In this document: positions 9,394-22,253 of the stretch, piece by piece
Layout: the number at the start of each line of letters is the position of its first letter
Position numbering within the stretch: position 1 is the first letter of the stretch
Assembly: GCA_964535655.1 (NCBI GenBank)
Contig: CAZHTP010000001.1
Coordinates: 250,862-314,861 of the forward strand
DNA: 64,000 nt
Source of the DNA: an uncultured Gammaproteobacteria bacterium
Lineage (GTDB): Bacteria > Patescibacteriota > Microgenomatia > JALYQM01
Reading direction: 5' to 3'
Program-made: the position numbers and the translations under genes
The notes under the pieces: generated by a model
What the model was told of the DNA's origin: nothing
Seen by the model: only the letters and a program-made list of their open reading frames with translations
The model's database searches: none

Positions 9394-11187
9394 CTATTCC
9401 TGAGCAACACGCAGTACTTCTTCTAGAGTAGTTAATCCCTCCATAGCTTTCAAGTACCCGTCCTGCTTCATCGTTATCATGCCATCAGCTTTTGCCATGT
9501 TCTCGATTGATGATGCCGGTTGATGTTCCAAAATGAGTTTGCCAATTTTTTCTGTAACGACCAGAGTTTCATAAATACCAATTCGGCCTTTATATCCGGT
9601 ATTGCTACATTCTGCGCAACCTGCACCTTTATATAACTTTAATTCTTTGGAGGAAGTTTTTTTTGTCGGGGATTGAAGCGCAACAGGAGTCTCACTTTCT
9701 ACTACATCTGCTGCGCCGCGTTCTAGAGCTGCATCATACAGCGTATCTAGAACTCCTTTTAAATCTGCTTCAACTTCGGGCGGGGGAGCAAACTCGGTTT
9801 TACAGGTTGGACAAATTCTTCGCAAAACACGTTGTGCTTCGATAGCATTAACTGATGACGCAATGAGAAATGGCTCGCCGCCCATATCAAGAAGGCGAGG
9901 TAATGCTCCAGCGGCAGAATTAGTATGGATTGTTGAAAATACCAAGTGTCCAGTTAATGCTGCTTGGATAGCTAAATTAGCTGTTTCTCCGTCACGAATT
10001 TCTCCGACCATGATTACGTTTGGATCTTGACGCAAGAATGCGCGTAATCCGGATGCAAATGTTAATCCAGCCTGCGGGTTTACCTGCACTTGATTAACTC
10101 CAGCCATTTGATATTCAACGGGATCTTCAAGTGTAACAATATTGATTTTGGGAGAATTAGTTTTTGTTAGCAGCGAGTAGAGGGTTGTAGTTTTACCTGA
10201 TCCGGTTGGTCCTGTTACTAAGATAATTCCATGCGGCCGCAACGCTTGAGTTTCAAGATTTTTAAGAGTGGCTCCACGGAGTCCAAGATCGTTGAGTGAA
10301 GGAACACCACCGGTCTTTTTTAGAAGACGCATTACGATTTTTTCACCGTGTACCGTTGGTAATGTAGATACACGAAGATCAACTTCCTCAGATTCTAACT
10401 TAAAATTGAAGCGTCCATCTTGAGGTATGCGGCGTTCATCAATTTTCATATCCGACAGAATTTTGACTCGAGAAACGACTGCTTCGTGTACTTTTCTTGG
10501 TAATACTAATTTTTCTTGCAAAATGCCATCAATGCGATACCGAACTCGAGTCTTGTCTTCCAGCGGCTCTACGTGTACGTCTGAAGCACGAGCTTTAATT
10601 CCATACTCCAGAATAGTGGATACTATTTTTGCGACTGGTGCTTCGCGAATAACCTGGTCGGCTTTTTTTCGTTCTGCGTCATCTTGAACTTTTGTTGGCT
10701 GTTGAACGACGCCTGCTTCATTAAGCGCAGCATTTACATCTGAGGAAATGTTATGTGCATACTGTTCGTTGATAGCGTGTGTAATGCTATCTAATTCGGA
10801 CATGAATGGTTTAATTTTTAGCCCAGTTTTTTGTTCAATAAATTGAATTACCTGTGAGTCAAGCGGATCGACCATCGCTACACTTAATTCACTGTTTTCT
10901 AATCGAAAAGGAATGAGATTATACCTGCGTGCAATTTGTTCCGGAACGTAATTTAAAATTTCTGCACCAACTGCAACTGTTGAAATGTCGATGAAAGGTA
11001 TACCAATCATTTCTGCCTGCGTTTTTACTAATTGAATGGGAGATACTAAATTACTCTCAAGTAATATAGTTTCAATTGGTTTTTCGGTGTTGATCGCTTC
11101 AAGCTTTACTCGAGAGAGTTGCTCTTGATCAATTATTCCTTCTTTGTATAAAAAATCTTCAATGCCTTTAGGGGTAAGTACCTTCAT
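9394..11187 (-). CDS. pilB: Type IV pilus assembly (extension) ATPase PilB (GspE family).
   Basis: 597 aa with N1/N2 domains, Walker A GPTGSGKTTT and a C-terminal tetracysteine Zn finger CPTCK...CAEC. Confidence 0.9.
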   Translation of the reverse strand: MKVLTPKGIEDFLYKEGIIDQEQLSRVKLEAINTEKPIETILLESNLVSPIQLVKTQAEMIGIPFIDISTVAVGAEILNYVPEQIARRYNLIPFRLENSELSVAMVDPLDSQVIQFIEQKTGLKIKPFMSELDSITHAINEQYAHNISSDVNAALNEAGVVQQPTKVQDDAERKKADQVIREAPVAKIVSTILEYGIKARASDVHVEPLEDKTRVRYRIDGILQEKLVLPRKVHEAVVSRVKILSDMKIDERRIPQDGRFNFKLESEEVDLRVSTLPTVHGEKIVMRLLKKTGGVPSLNDLGLRGATLKNLETQALRPHGIILVTGPTGSGKTTTLYSLLTKTNSPKINIVTLEDPVEYQMAGVNQVQVNPQAGLTFASGLRAFLRQDPNVIMVGEIRDGETANLAIQAALTGHLVFSTIHTNSAAGALPRLLDMGGEPFLIASSVNAIEAQRVLRRICPTCKTEFAPPPEVEADLKGVLDTLYDAALERGAADVVESETPVALQSPTKKTSSKELKLYKGAGCAECSNTGYKGRIGIYETLVVTEKIGKLILEHQPASSIENMAKADGMITMKQDGYLKAMEGLTTLEEVLRVAQE

Positions 11188-11246
11188 AAATTTTTGTGAT
11201 ATAGTAACTTCTGTTACTAACTTAGAGTAGGGGAAATGGTAATACT

Positions 11247-11951
11247 ATGTCAAGTATTGTAGGAATGACAGTTATCGTTGAAGGTGCGGATAGATATACT
11301 AGAATCAATTATATTAACGGCTTGATAAAAGAATCAAAGAAACAATATTCTTCGGTACTTGTTGATGCTCTCGAAGTAGAAAAAAACTCAGTAGGTATAG
11401 GGGAAATTAGAGATTTAATTGAAAAAAGTAACTATACTTCACTTTCGGCAAAACATCGTTTTTTTATTATACGTGATGCAAGTAAATTAACTGATCAGGC
11501 GCAAAATGCACTGTTAAAATTGTACGAAGAAGGTAGACCTGATAGCACCTATATCTTAGAGCTGGATTCCCACCAGTCTCTATTACCAACTATTTTGTCT
11601 CGAGCTGTTATATATGATGTCTCTCCTGGCGGGGAAGATACTCGGCTGGCTGCACTTATAGCCGCTCATTCGTTTCCTAAGAATGTTGACTTTAGATCTC
11701 TTAAATTGCTGGAATTATTTAAGCTGTGTGAGGAATATGGAAAAGATAGAAAGATTGCCGAGAACTTTACCGAATATTTGTCACTTTTGGTGCGAGATTC
11801 TCTGCGTTCTTCCAATACAGCACGACAAAAACAGTATTTATTATATAGTGAATTTCTCTTGCAAGCGAATGAATGGCTACGAGAGACGAATGTGAATGCC
11901 CGATTATTACTGGAAAATTGCATTTTAGGATGGTGGAATTGTAGTAATTAG
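11247..11951 (+). CDS. holB: DNA polymerase III delta' subunit-like clamp-loader protein (minimal form).
   Basis: Motifs ...FFIIRDASKLTDQAQNALLKLYEEGRPDSTYILELDSHQSLLPTILSRAVIY match the delta' box VI/VII (AaNALLKtLEEPp ... tIlSRc). The N-terminal P-loop is degenerate. Confidence 0.55.
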   Translation: MSSIVGMTVIVEGADRYTRINYINGLIKESKKQYSSVLVDALEVEKNSVGIGEIRDLIEKSNYTSLSAKHRFFIIRDASKLTDQAQNALLKLYEEGRPDSTYILELDSHQSLLPTILSRAVIYDVSPGGEDTRLAALIAAHSFPKNVDFRSLKLLELFKLCEEYGKDRKIAENFTEYLSLLVRDSLRSSNTARQKQYLLYSEFLLQANEWLRETNVNARLLLENCILGWWNCSN

Positions 11952-11984
11952 CCTTTACTTTCGGTTTTTATTCGGATATAATAA

Positions 11985-14015
<2,031 letters not shown>

Positions 14016-14018
14016 CAT

Positions 14019-16730
14019 ATGGATATAAAAGATACTCAAGATAAACAGTTACAATTGGGTAAGGTTCATGACGTCTCGATTGTTGAAGAGATGCAAAAAT
14101 CTTATTTGGACTACGCGATGTCTGTTATTGTTTCGCGTGCTCTCCCCGATGTGCGTGATGGGTTAAAGCCAGTACAGCGTCGTATTATTTATGCGATGTT
14201 TAACTCTGGGTATGTGCATGCCCACCGTTACGAAAAATCGGCAGCCACGGTCGGAGAAGTTTTGAAGAACTTTCATCCACACGGTGATGTGCCTGTTTAT
14301 GATGCGATGGTTCGTATGGCACAGGAGTTTTCTTTACGCTATCCACTCATTGATGGTCAAGGGAACTTTGGTTCAATTGATGGAGATAGCCCCGCCGCGA
14401 TGCGTTACACTGAAGCGCGCTTAATGCTTATCGCTGAGGAAATGCTTCGTGATATTGAAAAAAACACTGTCCCTTTTATGCCGAACTATTCAGGAACAAC
14501 TTCTGAACCGACTGTATTGCCGTCTATTTTGCCTGCTCTTCTATTAAATGGTGCTTCTGGTATCGCTGTGGGTATGGCTACCAACATACCACCGCACAAT
14601 CTGGGGGAAGTAACTGACGCGCTACTCCATATTATCGATAATTTAGCTAAAAAACGAGCAAAACCTCGCTTATCTGAATCTTCTGATAGTGTAGCTAATA
14701 AAAAAGTCGAGGTAGGCGAGATAGTTGAAGCTTTTGCTGGGAAACAAGGTGAAACCCCTGAAGATACAGTCGAAAATACCATGCTTTTTGAGTCCGATGT
14801 CACCGTTGAAGAATTGATGGAGTTTATCAAAGGTCCCGATTTTCCTACTGCGGGATTTATTTATGATAATGACGAAATCACTCGAGCCTATGTTACTGGT
14901 CAAGGTCGTGTAGTGATGCGGGCAAAAGCTGATATAGAAGAAGTTAGAGGTGGTAAGTTTGCGATTATCGTGAGTCAGCTTCCGTATCAGGTGAATAAAG
15001 CTACTTTAATTGCCCGTATTGCTGATTTGCATAAAGAGAAAAAAATTGAAGGTATTTCAGTGCTTCAAGATGAATCTGATCGAGAAGGTATCCGTGTCTA
15101 TATTGAATTGAAACGAGATGCCAATCCACAGTCTGTTTTAAATAATTTATATAAACAGACAGCAATGCAGTCGACATTCAATGTTAACATGGTCGCCTTG
15201 TCGGATACAGGTGTCCCACGACTCATGAACCTTAAGATGATTCTTGAATCATTTATTCAGCATCGGTATGTAGTTGTTAGGCGAAGAACGGAATTTGAAC
15301 TAGAACAGGCACGCGCTCGTGCACACATTTTAGAAGGATTACTTATTGCGGTTGATCATATTGATGAAGTAATCAAAATAATTCGCCAAAGCGCTGATGC
15401 TGATGAAGCACGAACTAAACTGATGGAACGTTTCAAACTATCTGAAATTCAAGCAACAGCTATTTTGGATATGCAGCTTCGCAAACTGGCTGCTCTTGAG
15501 CGTAAAAAGCTTGAGGATGAATATGCAGTACTTAAAGAGACTATTGAATATTTGATGGATCTCTTAGCTCATCCAACTAAAGTGCTTGGTGTTATCAAGC
15601 AGGAACTTAAGAAGCTACGAGAAAAATATGCTGATGATCGAAGAACGGTTGTATATAAGTCTCGAGTAGGTGAATTAGCAGAGGAAGACCTTGTTCCAAA
15701 TGAACCTACTATAGTTACTGTTACGCAGTCAGGCTATGTAAAGCGCCAAGGACTGGATTCGTTCCGTACCCAAAGTAGAGGAGGACGTGGGGTGTCGGGT
15801 ATCACCACTAAAGAAGAAGATGTGGTATCTCATTTGTTTGCATGCAAAACACACGACAATATTATGTTCTTTAGTAACAAAGGTAAAGTTTTTCAAATCC
15901 GTGTATTTGATATTCCCGAGTCTAGCAGGATTGCTAAAGGTCAGGCACTTGTAAACTTAATTAATATCGAGCAAGGTGAACAGATTACTGCAATTCTTAC
16001 TGCTACTTCAGCAAAGAATGCAAAAGGTAAAATGGGTATTCATATTGGCGAAGGTGAAGCAGGTATTAGCGAAGAGCATGTGAATGGAACTGAGGAGATT
16101 GTTTCTGAAGTTGCAACCAAAGAAACTAAATTTCTGCTCATGGGTACTAAACTTGGTACAATCAAAAAAACGCCAATCAGTGAATTTGCAAGTATTCGAA
16201 AGTCTGGATTAATTGCTATTAAACTAAATGCTGGAGATGAATTACGCTTTGTAAAGCCAAGTACTGGAAGCGATAAAATTATTTTGGTGACTGGTCTTGG
16301 ATCTTCAATAAATTTTAAGGAAGATGAAGTTCGTGATACTGCTCGAGACACTGCAGGTGTACGCGGTATTAAACTTAAAGAAAAAGACACCATGGTTGGC
16401 ATGATCGTTTATAATGATCCAAAATTGAAGTTAGTTACTATTATGCATCGTGGACTTGGAAAGATGACGGCAATTAGTGATTGGCCACTTCAGGCCCGTG
16501 GAGGTCAAGGAGTTAAAGCGGCCAATATTACTGATAAAACAGGACGTATTGTGAGCGCTCAATTGATAAAAGCCGGTCATGATGGATTGGTTTTGACCTC
16601 ACTTAAAGGCGTTGTTATAAAATTAAATCTTAAAGATGTGCCAACACTCGGACGCCAGACTCAAGGAGTTATCCTGATGCGTATCTCGACAACTGGTGGC
16701 GATGGGATTGCAGCTGCGACCGTCTTGTAA
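14019..16730 (+). CDS. gyrA: DNA gyrase subunit A.
   Basis: [22 protein letters not shown] (active-site Tyr region) and a C-terminal beta-pinwheel. About 45 aa of lineage-specific insertion lie before the GPDFPTAG motif. Confidence 0.95.
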   Translation: MDIKDTQDKQLQLGKVHDVSIVEEMQKSYLDYAMSVIVSRALPDVRDGLKPVQRRIIYAMFNSGYVHAHRYEKSAATVGEVLKNFHPHGDVPVYDAMVRMAQEFSLRYPLIDGQGNFGSIDGDSPAAMRYTEARLMLIAEEMLRDIEKNTVPFMPNYSGTTSEPTVLPSILPALLLNGASGIAVGMATNIPPHNLGEVTDALLHIIDNLAKKRAKPRLSESSDSVANKKVEVGEIVEAFAGKQGETPEDTVENTMLFESDVTVEELMEFIKGPDFPTAGFIYDNDEITRAYVTGQGRVVMRAKADIEEVRGGKFAIIVSQLPYQVNKATLIARIADLHKEKKIEGISVLQDESDREGIRVYIELKRDANPQSVLNNLYKQTAMQSTFNVNMVALSDTGVPRLMNLKMILESFIQHRYVVVRRRTEFELEQARARAHILEGLLIAVDHIDEVIKIIRQSADADEARTKLMERFKLSEIQATAILDMQLRKLAALERKKLEDEYAVLKETIEYLMDLLAHPTKVLGVIKQELKKLREKYADDRRTVVYKSRVGELAEEDLVPNEPTIVTVTQSGYVKRQGLDSFRTQSRGGRGVSGITTKEEDVVSHLFACKTHDNIMFFSNKGKVFQIRVFDIPESSRIAKGQALVNLINIEQGEQITAILTATSAKNAKGKMGIHIGEGEAGISEEHVNGTEEIVSEVATKETKFLLMGTKLGTIKKTPISEFASIRKSGLIAIKLNAGDELRFVKPSTGSDKIILVTGLGSSINFKEDEVRDTARDTAGVRGIKLKEKDTMVGMIVYNDPKLKLVTIMHRGLGKMTAISDWPLQARGGQGVKAANITDKTGRIVSAQLIKAGHDGLVLTSLKGVVIKLNLKDVPTLGRQTQGVILMRISTTGGDGIAAATVL

Positions 16731-16762
16731 GCGCCATTTAAAGCACCTACAATAAGTAGACG

Positions 16763-17368
16763 ATGTATGCTTATTTAAGAAGCCTTAGAAAATTCGATCA
16801 GCGTGGCTTTACGCTTGTTGAGATGCTGATCGTTCTTACCCTGGTGGCGCTTATTGTGTTAATTATGTTGCCGTTTTATAGGCGATATATTGCCGAGACC
16901 GAACTTAAAAATATAACTGTTCGAATACGTAACGTTTTGCGTGATTCACAGAATAAGGCTTTGAATGGAGTTACTTCGTCAGATGGAACAGTAGTTCATT
17001 GGGTTGTCCATGTTCATAATAATAGCCTTCATTATGAGTATGAAGTGGGAGGATGCCCGGTAACTGTTAATCCGGCAAATGCTTACTACGATGTGCGTTA
17101 CCAGTTCATGAACTGTAACATCAAGGATTATAAACAGGTAGACTTTCCGCCTCGCTTTTCCGTTACCCATCAGTATTCACTGTCTTACCCTGAAGTAAAT
17201 ATTTTCTTTGCAAATATAAATGGTACTGTAGTAATTTATGATGCTAATGGTGATGAAATCGGGAATAACATTGATATTCAGATTACTTCAGATGATTATG
17301 ATAATCTGTATACCATCTTTCATGTTAATGCTCAGGGCGGTGTTTTTGAAGAAACGGTGGTTAATTAG
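16763..17368 (+). CDS. Orphan type IV pilin-like protein (GspH/FimT-like) with a long 15-aa leader.
   Basis: MYAYLRSLRKFDQRG|FTLVEMLIVLTLVALIVLIML, a prepilin cleavage/methylation motif. It is located away from the main pilus locus, next to xer. Confidence 0.6.
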   Translation: MYAYLRSLRKFDQRGFTLVEMLIVLTLVALIVLIMLPFYRRYIAETELKNITVRIRNVLRDSQNKALNGVTSSDGTVVHWVVHVHNNSLHYEYEVGGCPVTVNPANAYYDVRYQFMNCNIKDYKQVDFPPRFSVTHQYSLSYPEVNIFFANINGTVVIYDANGDEIGNNIDIQITSDDYDNLYTIFHVNAQGGVFEETVVN

Positions 17369-17373
17369 ATACT

Positions 17374-18309
17374 TTATTTGTTTCCACTGTGAAAGGTGTC
17401 GTGTACATCCTTAAGATGCTGATTGGAAACATTAGTATAGACTTGTGTTGTAGTAATAGTTTTATGTCCCAACATTTCTTGTATTGAACGCAGATCAGCT
17501 CCATTAACCAGTAAATCAGTGGCAAACGAATGTCGTAACACATGTGGGGTGGTATTAATCGAAATTTTAGCTTTTTTAGCATATTTTTGAACTATGCGCT
17601 GAATAGAGCGTTGAGTTAAGCGCATTTTTTCGCCATTCATAGTAACATCAATTCCGCGCGAATACCGAATAAATAAAGGAGACCAGGTATCTAGTCTTGT
17701 TTGAAGATATCTATTTATCCAATATACTGCGTCGTCGGTAAAGAAAACAATTCGAGCACGCCCACCTTTACCAATGATAGTAATCTGTCGCTTACTTAAA
17801 TCCAATTTATCTCTATCTAGCTTGATTAATTCACTCACACGAAGTCCGGTACTGAAAAGGGTTTCTAAAATTGCTTTATCTCTTTGGCCTAAGGTATCTG
17901 AAAGATCGATGCTATTTAATAATTTATAGAGCTGATCTTTATCAAGTGCTAGCACCTCTCGAGATTGAGCCTTAGGAAGGTCAATTTTCTCAGGGGTTAA
18001 GGTATGAACGTCATTCTTCATAAGATAGCGAAGAAATGACCTAATTGCGATGATGTAATAATTTTGAGTTAAGCGCTTTAAAGTCTGCCCTTTGTCATCC
18101 GTATATGAGGCTAGATAAACTCGATATTGTTTAATTAATGGTAAATCGATGTGTTGAGGGGTAGGGGGGATATTTTCGCTTTCCATCCAGTCTTTGAATC
18201 GTTCTAAATAATGTTTGTAGTTTCTGATGGTGAGTAGGGAAGAGCCCTTCTCAATTTGCAGATGACTAAGGAAATCTTCAATGTAATCGTCAAGAGACTG
18301 GTGGGGCAT
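17374..18309 (-). CDS. xerD: Tyrosine site-specific recombinase, XerC/XerD family.
   Basis: C-terminal catalytic region HVLRHSFATDLLVNGADLRSIQEMLGHKTITTTQVYTNV (R..HxxR..Y), with upstream R and K/HxxR motifs. Confidence 0.85.
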   Translation of the reverse strand: MPHQSLDDYIEDFLSHLQIEKGSSLLTIRNYKHYLERFKDWMESENIPPTPQHIDLPLIKQYRVYLASYTDDKGQTLKRLTQNYYIIAIRSFLRYLMKNDVHTLTPEKIDLPKAQSREVLALDKDQLYKLLNSIDLSDTLGQRDKAILETLFSTGLRVSELIKLDRDKLDLSKRQITIIGKGGRARIVFFTDDAVYWINRYLQTRLDTWSPLFIRYSRGIDVTMNGEKMRLTQRSIQRIVQKYAKKAKISINTTPHVLRHSFATDLLVNGADLRSIQEMLGHKTITTTQVYTNVSNQHLKDVHDTFHSGNK

Positions 18310-18786
18310 TACTTATTTTATAACATACTATAGGGATTCGTGGAAAGAGGATTTACACGCGATATTTAAATTGTGCGACATGACTTTAAGTGAGATAGAG
18401 AAGGAGAGATGCGGCAAAGCAGTATCTTTTAGCGTAATATTTTCCCCTTTTATGTTTCTTAATTGAGTGGTGTTTATAGTAGGTAATATCGTCGTTTTAC
18501 TAGACTGAGGTTGCTGTTAAAATTTAGGCTCAATATATATATTTTTAAATACTATATATTTCAATACATTGGTATGATTTATAAGATAATGAATATTAAA
18601 GGCTAAAACGACCTTCTGTGGTGACTCCTAAGCGCTTTGATTTACAAGGTAATGCAACTAGATTACTTCTTTCTGATACCCCTTAGGGCTATGTTGGGGT
18701 ACGTGCTGTGTCGTAAAAGAATTATTGTGCGACATTATACTATTTTTGATTTAAATACTCGTTTCTTTTTACTACACTACTCTTCT

Positions 18787-19578
18787 TTACCCTTGCCATT
18801 GAATTGAGAGAATCATAAATACAAATACAATAAATGCAGCTAAGGTATATTCTATTGCAACTTTTCGAGTCAATTTCTTTTCATTGTAGTGATGTACCAA
18901 TCCGAGCAATACATAATAGATAGATACTAGAAACAAGGTTGCATATATGGTCGAGATGGCGTAGAAATTGATTATGATCCCTATTTGTGCAAATACCAGT
19001 ATTACTACGCAAGTATAAAGGAGGGTCTTTAACGTGAATTTGGGGGTTAATTCAAAGGACCACAGGAATTGTAAGGTTAGTAAAGTAACGACTGTGCATA
19101 TCAACAGTACATTCTCAACTATTTGTAGCCTCAAAGTGAGAACAAACCAAAAGAGGAAAACTGAGGTTACTAAGGTAATTATGTAGCAAAACACGTTTGC
19201 CATGCGTAGTAGCTGAATAGTCCTAATTCCCGATACATTGAAGATATTTTCAGTAAGATATATTGAGTAAATGCAAACTGGTACAAGCGCGTATAAAGGC
19301 CATCGGTATATTTTCCGTTCAGGGACAATAGAAATAAACAATCCTGCGCCGATGGTAAACAGTATTGGCAAGATAAACAATGTTATATATTCAATGCCAG
19401 AGAGATCTTCTTTAAGTGCAAAGATACTTATTAAATAACTCATGGCAATATAGATTGCTACAATTATTGGTCCATAATTTTTAAGCAGCTGCGGAAAGAA
19501 AAATACTGCAATTGTTATAAAAATACTGGCAATTATGAATCTTTTACGCTTTGTTAATGGAAATTTAGCTTTTGTCAT
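18787..19578 (-). CDS. Hypothetical polytopic membrane protein (7-8 TM).
   Basis: 263 aa, highly hydrophobic, no recognisable motif. Confidence 0.5.
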   Translation of the reverse strand: MTKAKFPLTKRKRFIIASIFITIAVFFFPQLLKNYGPIIVAIYIAMSYLISIFALKEDLSGIEYITLFILPILFTIGAGLFISIVPERKIYRWPLYALVPVCIYSIYLTENIFNVSGIRTIQLLRMANVFCYIITLVTSVFLFWFVLTLRLQIVENVLLICTVVTLLTLQFLWSFELTPKFTLKTLLYTCVVILVFAQIGIIINFYAISTIYATLFLVSIYYVLLGLVHHYNEKKLTRKVAIEYTLAAFIVFVFMILSIQWQG

Positions 19579-19700
19579 ACTTGCACTATTTTACCATACT
19601 TTCCTACTATTACGTTATTCTCCCCTCTTAAAAAGAGGTTATTGCAATACTGTAATATTGTGCTTGACAAGTTCTTATTTGAGTAGGTACTATTTCAGAT

Positions 19701-20432
19701 ATGATTCAATCTGCCCTTGTACAAAAAGCTATTAAAGCGGCGCTGCAATCCGAATGGGATAGCGCAATAGAATTAAATCAGCAATTGCTTGAACAAAATC
19801 CTCAGGATCTAGAGTCTCTTAATAGACTCGCTCGAGCTTACCTTGAGCTTGGAGATATTGCAAGATCTAAGAAAACATACAAAGAGGTTCTTACTTTAGA
19901 TCCGTATAATGTTATCGCATTAAAAAATGTTAAAAGATTTCAGTCTATTAAAGGAAGTACCACGGAAATCTCAAACAAAATAGTTAAGTCTTTAAAAAAT
20001 AATCCTAATTCTTCAGCACACATTACTTTTATTGAAGAACCTGGAAAAACTAAAGTAACTCAGTTGGTCCGACCTGCGTCCCCAGCGACTTTATTTACTC
20101 TTCATTCAGGCGAAAGAGCAGTCTTAGTTCCCAAAGCTCGTGGAATTCAGATAATGACTGAATCAAATGTTTATGTAGGACGATTGCCTGATGATCTTGC
20201 CTTTCAATTGCAATACTTTATTAAAAGCGGTAATACGTACGAAGCTTATATAAAACAGGTTCTCCAAAATGCAGTGTATGTTTTTATACGTGAGGTCACG
20301 CGGGCTGATGCGTTTGCGAACAGGCCATCCTTTGCACTTAATAATGAGAAATATATTTCCGCATCTCCCGTCGATTTAGAAACACCTGATCCCATTGAAG
20401 AAGATACTGATGGTAATGATGAAGATCAGTAA
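19701..20432 (+). CDS. TPR-repeat protein with an acidic C-terminus.
   Basis: N-terminal TPR-like repeats (...SAIELNQQLLEQNPQDLESLNRLARAYLELGDIARSKKTYKEVLTLDPYNVIALKNV). The C-terminus is DTDGNDEDQ. Confidence 0.55.
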   Translation: MIQSALVQKAIKAALQSEWDSAIELNQQLLEQNPQDLESLNRLARAYLELGDIARSKKTYKEVLTLDPYNVIALKNVKRFQSIKGSTTEISNKIVKSLKNNPNSSAHITFIEEPGKTKVTQLVRPASPATLFTLHSGERAVLVPKARGIQIMTESNVYVGRLPDDLAFQLQYFIKSGNTYEAYIKQVLQNAVYVFIREVTRADAFANRPSFALNNEKYISASPVDLETPDPIEEDTDGNDEDQ

Positions 20433-21013
20433 GCTATTACTTTTTGTTGGATGAGTGAATATATTCGATCATGAGATACTAGTTCGGCATTTTTGTCGGC
20501 TACTTTGCTAACAAATTGCTCCCATTTATAGGAATCAATTCCGCTTGTTAAGTAGTTTGGGGGAGTTTTTTTAAGGCCTCTCACAGTCACAAAAGCGATA
20601 TTCTGAGCCTTCCCTTTTATGACGAGTTGATGAGCGAGTACGGTGCTATAAATATTTTCGGAGTCGTCAATAATGTATTCTGAAGAATACTGAATACTCC
20701 AAATGGGGTTAATAGGTGTTAGTAGATCACCAATTTCAGGAGAAATATATAGAGAAGTTGGTAAATGAAGTAGAAACTCCATCTGCTCTCCTAAAAATAC
20801 TATTTCTAGGGTTATTTGTGTTTTATCCTTGTGCAGTTGTGGCAGTACTTGTATCAGTATTTCAGGTAGTTTTTCTGCCTTTGTAATCAAATAATTTATA
20901 TATATTGAGTTATTCTGTTTTTTATGAGTGGCATGTTTTTCATCGATGAGTGTTTTCATCGATCTCAGCGATATGACAGAAGCAGATATGGTGACTAAAA
21001 CTGCAATCCACAT
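20426..21013 (-). CDS. Hypothetical protein with an N-terminal TM anchor.
   Basis: 195 aa; N-terminal hydrophobic segment MWIAVLVTISASVISL; no known motif. Confidence 0.4.
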   Translation of the reverse strand: MWIAVLVTISASVISLRSMKTLIDEKHATHKKQNNSIYINYLITKAEKLPEILIQVLPQLHKDKTQITLEIVFLGEQMEFLLHLPTSLYISPEIGDLLTPINPIWSIQYSSEYIIDDSENIYSTVLAHQLVIKGKAQNIAFVTVRGLKKTPPNYLTSGIDSYKWEQFVSKVADKNAELVSHDRIYSLIQQKVIAY

Positions 21014-21055
21014 TCCCTTATTATACTATAGGCTTTTAAGGAGAGCAAGAAATTT

Positions 21056-22165
21056 CTATTCATTTGAACCAGTAATAAAGGTGGCGTAATCTTTTCCAAG
21101 TGAAACGATAATATCTGATTTTGTGCCAGGGCTATTTTCGGTTTCTATTTTAGCGCTAGGAAGAGATTTTATTATTTTTTGTAACGTTATAGATTGTAAC
21201 CACTTTTTATCGCTAACTATAACTTTTGTAGTGTTACTTTGAATTTCACTATTATGTAGATCGATTACCATCCCGCCCATATTGGTTAAGATTCGAGCAA
21301 CTCCTCGAGCTAGTCCTTGTGTTGTGGTAGCATTCTCTATGGAAATATTAGCCTTCTCATCAATAACATCTTTATTCTCAAAAGCTTTTTTAATATAAGT
21401 ATCTAATTTATTTTGATCGGTTTCAATGCTTTGGGTTTTATCTACGTTTGTCTTGACAATTCCAATATCATTATCGAGAATTGAAATAGAAGTTTTGTTT
21501 GGTTCTGGTATTTTCTGAATAGTTCTTGCCAATTTAAGCATCTCTAAGCGCGTTGTATTCCCGCTTAAATGCTGTTCAGACCAGTTTGAATCAAATGCCA
21601 AATGAAACAGTATCATGGGGTTCGCGAGCCATTCGTATACAGGCGTATCATTCTCTGTATTAAGGCGTATGTAGATATTTTTTGTGCTAACCCCAAAATA
21701 ATCAGTCAATGTTTGTTTTATCAGTGCTAGCGGGTTTGCTGGCTTTTCTAGTTGTGCGATCTTATACAAAGACTTTAATTTAAAATCTTTCAAACCATAC
21801 GGAAGATGAATGTTTGTGCTTTCAGGTAGGGAAAGTTCTTTTACCGTGGTATCATCTTCATCAATTGCGGTTAATCGAGCACTGCGGATATAGTGTTCAT
21901 AATCTACGGTTATTGTAAAAAAAGCAAATTGGGTATCTTCTGTTTGGATATCAATATGTTCTTCGGCTGCAAAAGTGGAGATAGGCTTGTAGATGTCTCG
22001 CATCGACCAAACACCATAAACTACTATACCAGCTGTTGTAATTAATCCCATAGTTATTAGAAAAGTTGTTACCCTTCTCTTGACGTGTTTTAAGCTTTTT
22101 ATTTTTTTCGATTTACGTTTCTTAACCATAATTCTTTTTGGGATGAGTAGTATTTGTATACTCAA
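21056..22165 (-). CDS. Membrane-anchored protein with a C-terminal LytR_C-like domain (cell-envelope associated).
   Basis: N-terminal basic stretch plus a TM (FLITMGLITTAGIVVYGVW). The C-terminal ISIENATTTQGLARGVARILTNMGGMVIDLHNSEIQSNTTKVIV matches the LytR_C consensus (V.NGTg..GlA..va..L...Gf.v...gNa.......T.Iy). Confidence 0.5.
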   Translation of the reverse strand: MSIQILLIPKRIMVKKRKSKKIKSLKHVKRRVTTFLITMGLITTAGIVVYGVWSMRDIYKPISTFAAEEHIDIQTEDTQFAFFTITVDYEHYIRSARLTAIDEDDTTVKELSLPESTNIHLPYGLKDFKLKSLYKIAQLEKPANPLALIKQTLTDYFGVSTKNIYIRLNTENDTPVYEWLANPMILFHLAFDSNWSEQHLSGNTTRLEMLKLARTIQKIPEPNKTSISILDNDIGIVKTNVDKTQSIETDQNKLDTYIKKAFENKDVIDEKANISIENATTTQGLARGVARILTNMGGMVIDLHNSEIQSNTTKVIVSDKKWLQSITLQKIIKSLPSAKIETENSPGTKSDIIVSLGKDYATFITGSNE

Positions 22166-22253
22166 CGATAGAGCTCTTGATAATCTCTGTCAAATAAATT
22201 CGTATATTATTTGGGTATATGCGTAGTATACTCACTTTATATACAAGGAGGGT

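Noticed and set aside
18540-18760. Possible tRNA, tmRNA, RNase P or SRP RNA in the long intergenic regions (18.3-18.8 kb and 44.9-45.8 kb).
   Set aside because: I found no tRNA T-arm (GGTTCGANTCC-like) or acceptor features, no RNase P (GAAAGUCCGG…) or SRP domain IV (GGAAGCAGCC) consensus, and no tmRNA tag-coding plus tRNA-like ends. Any RNA here would be a novel or lineage-specific one, not a standard stable RNA.
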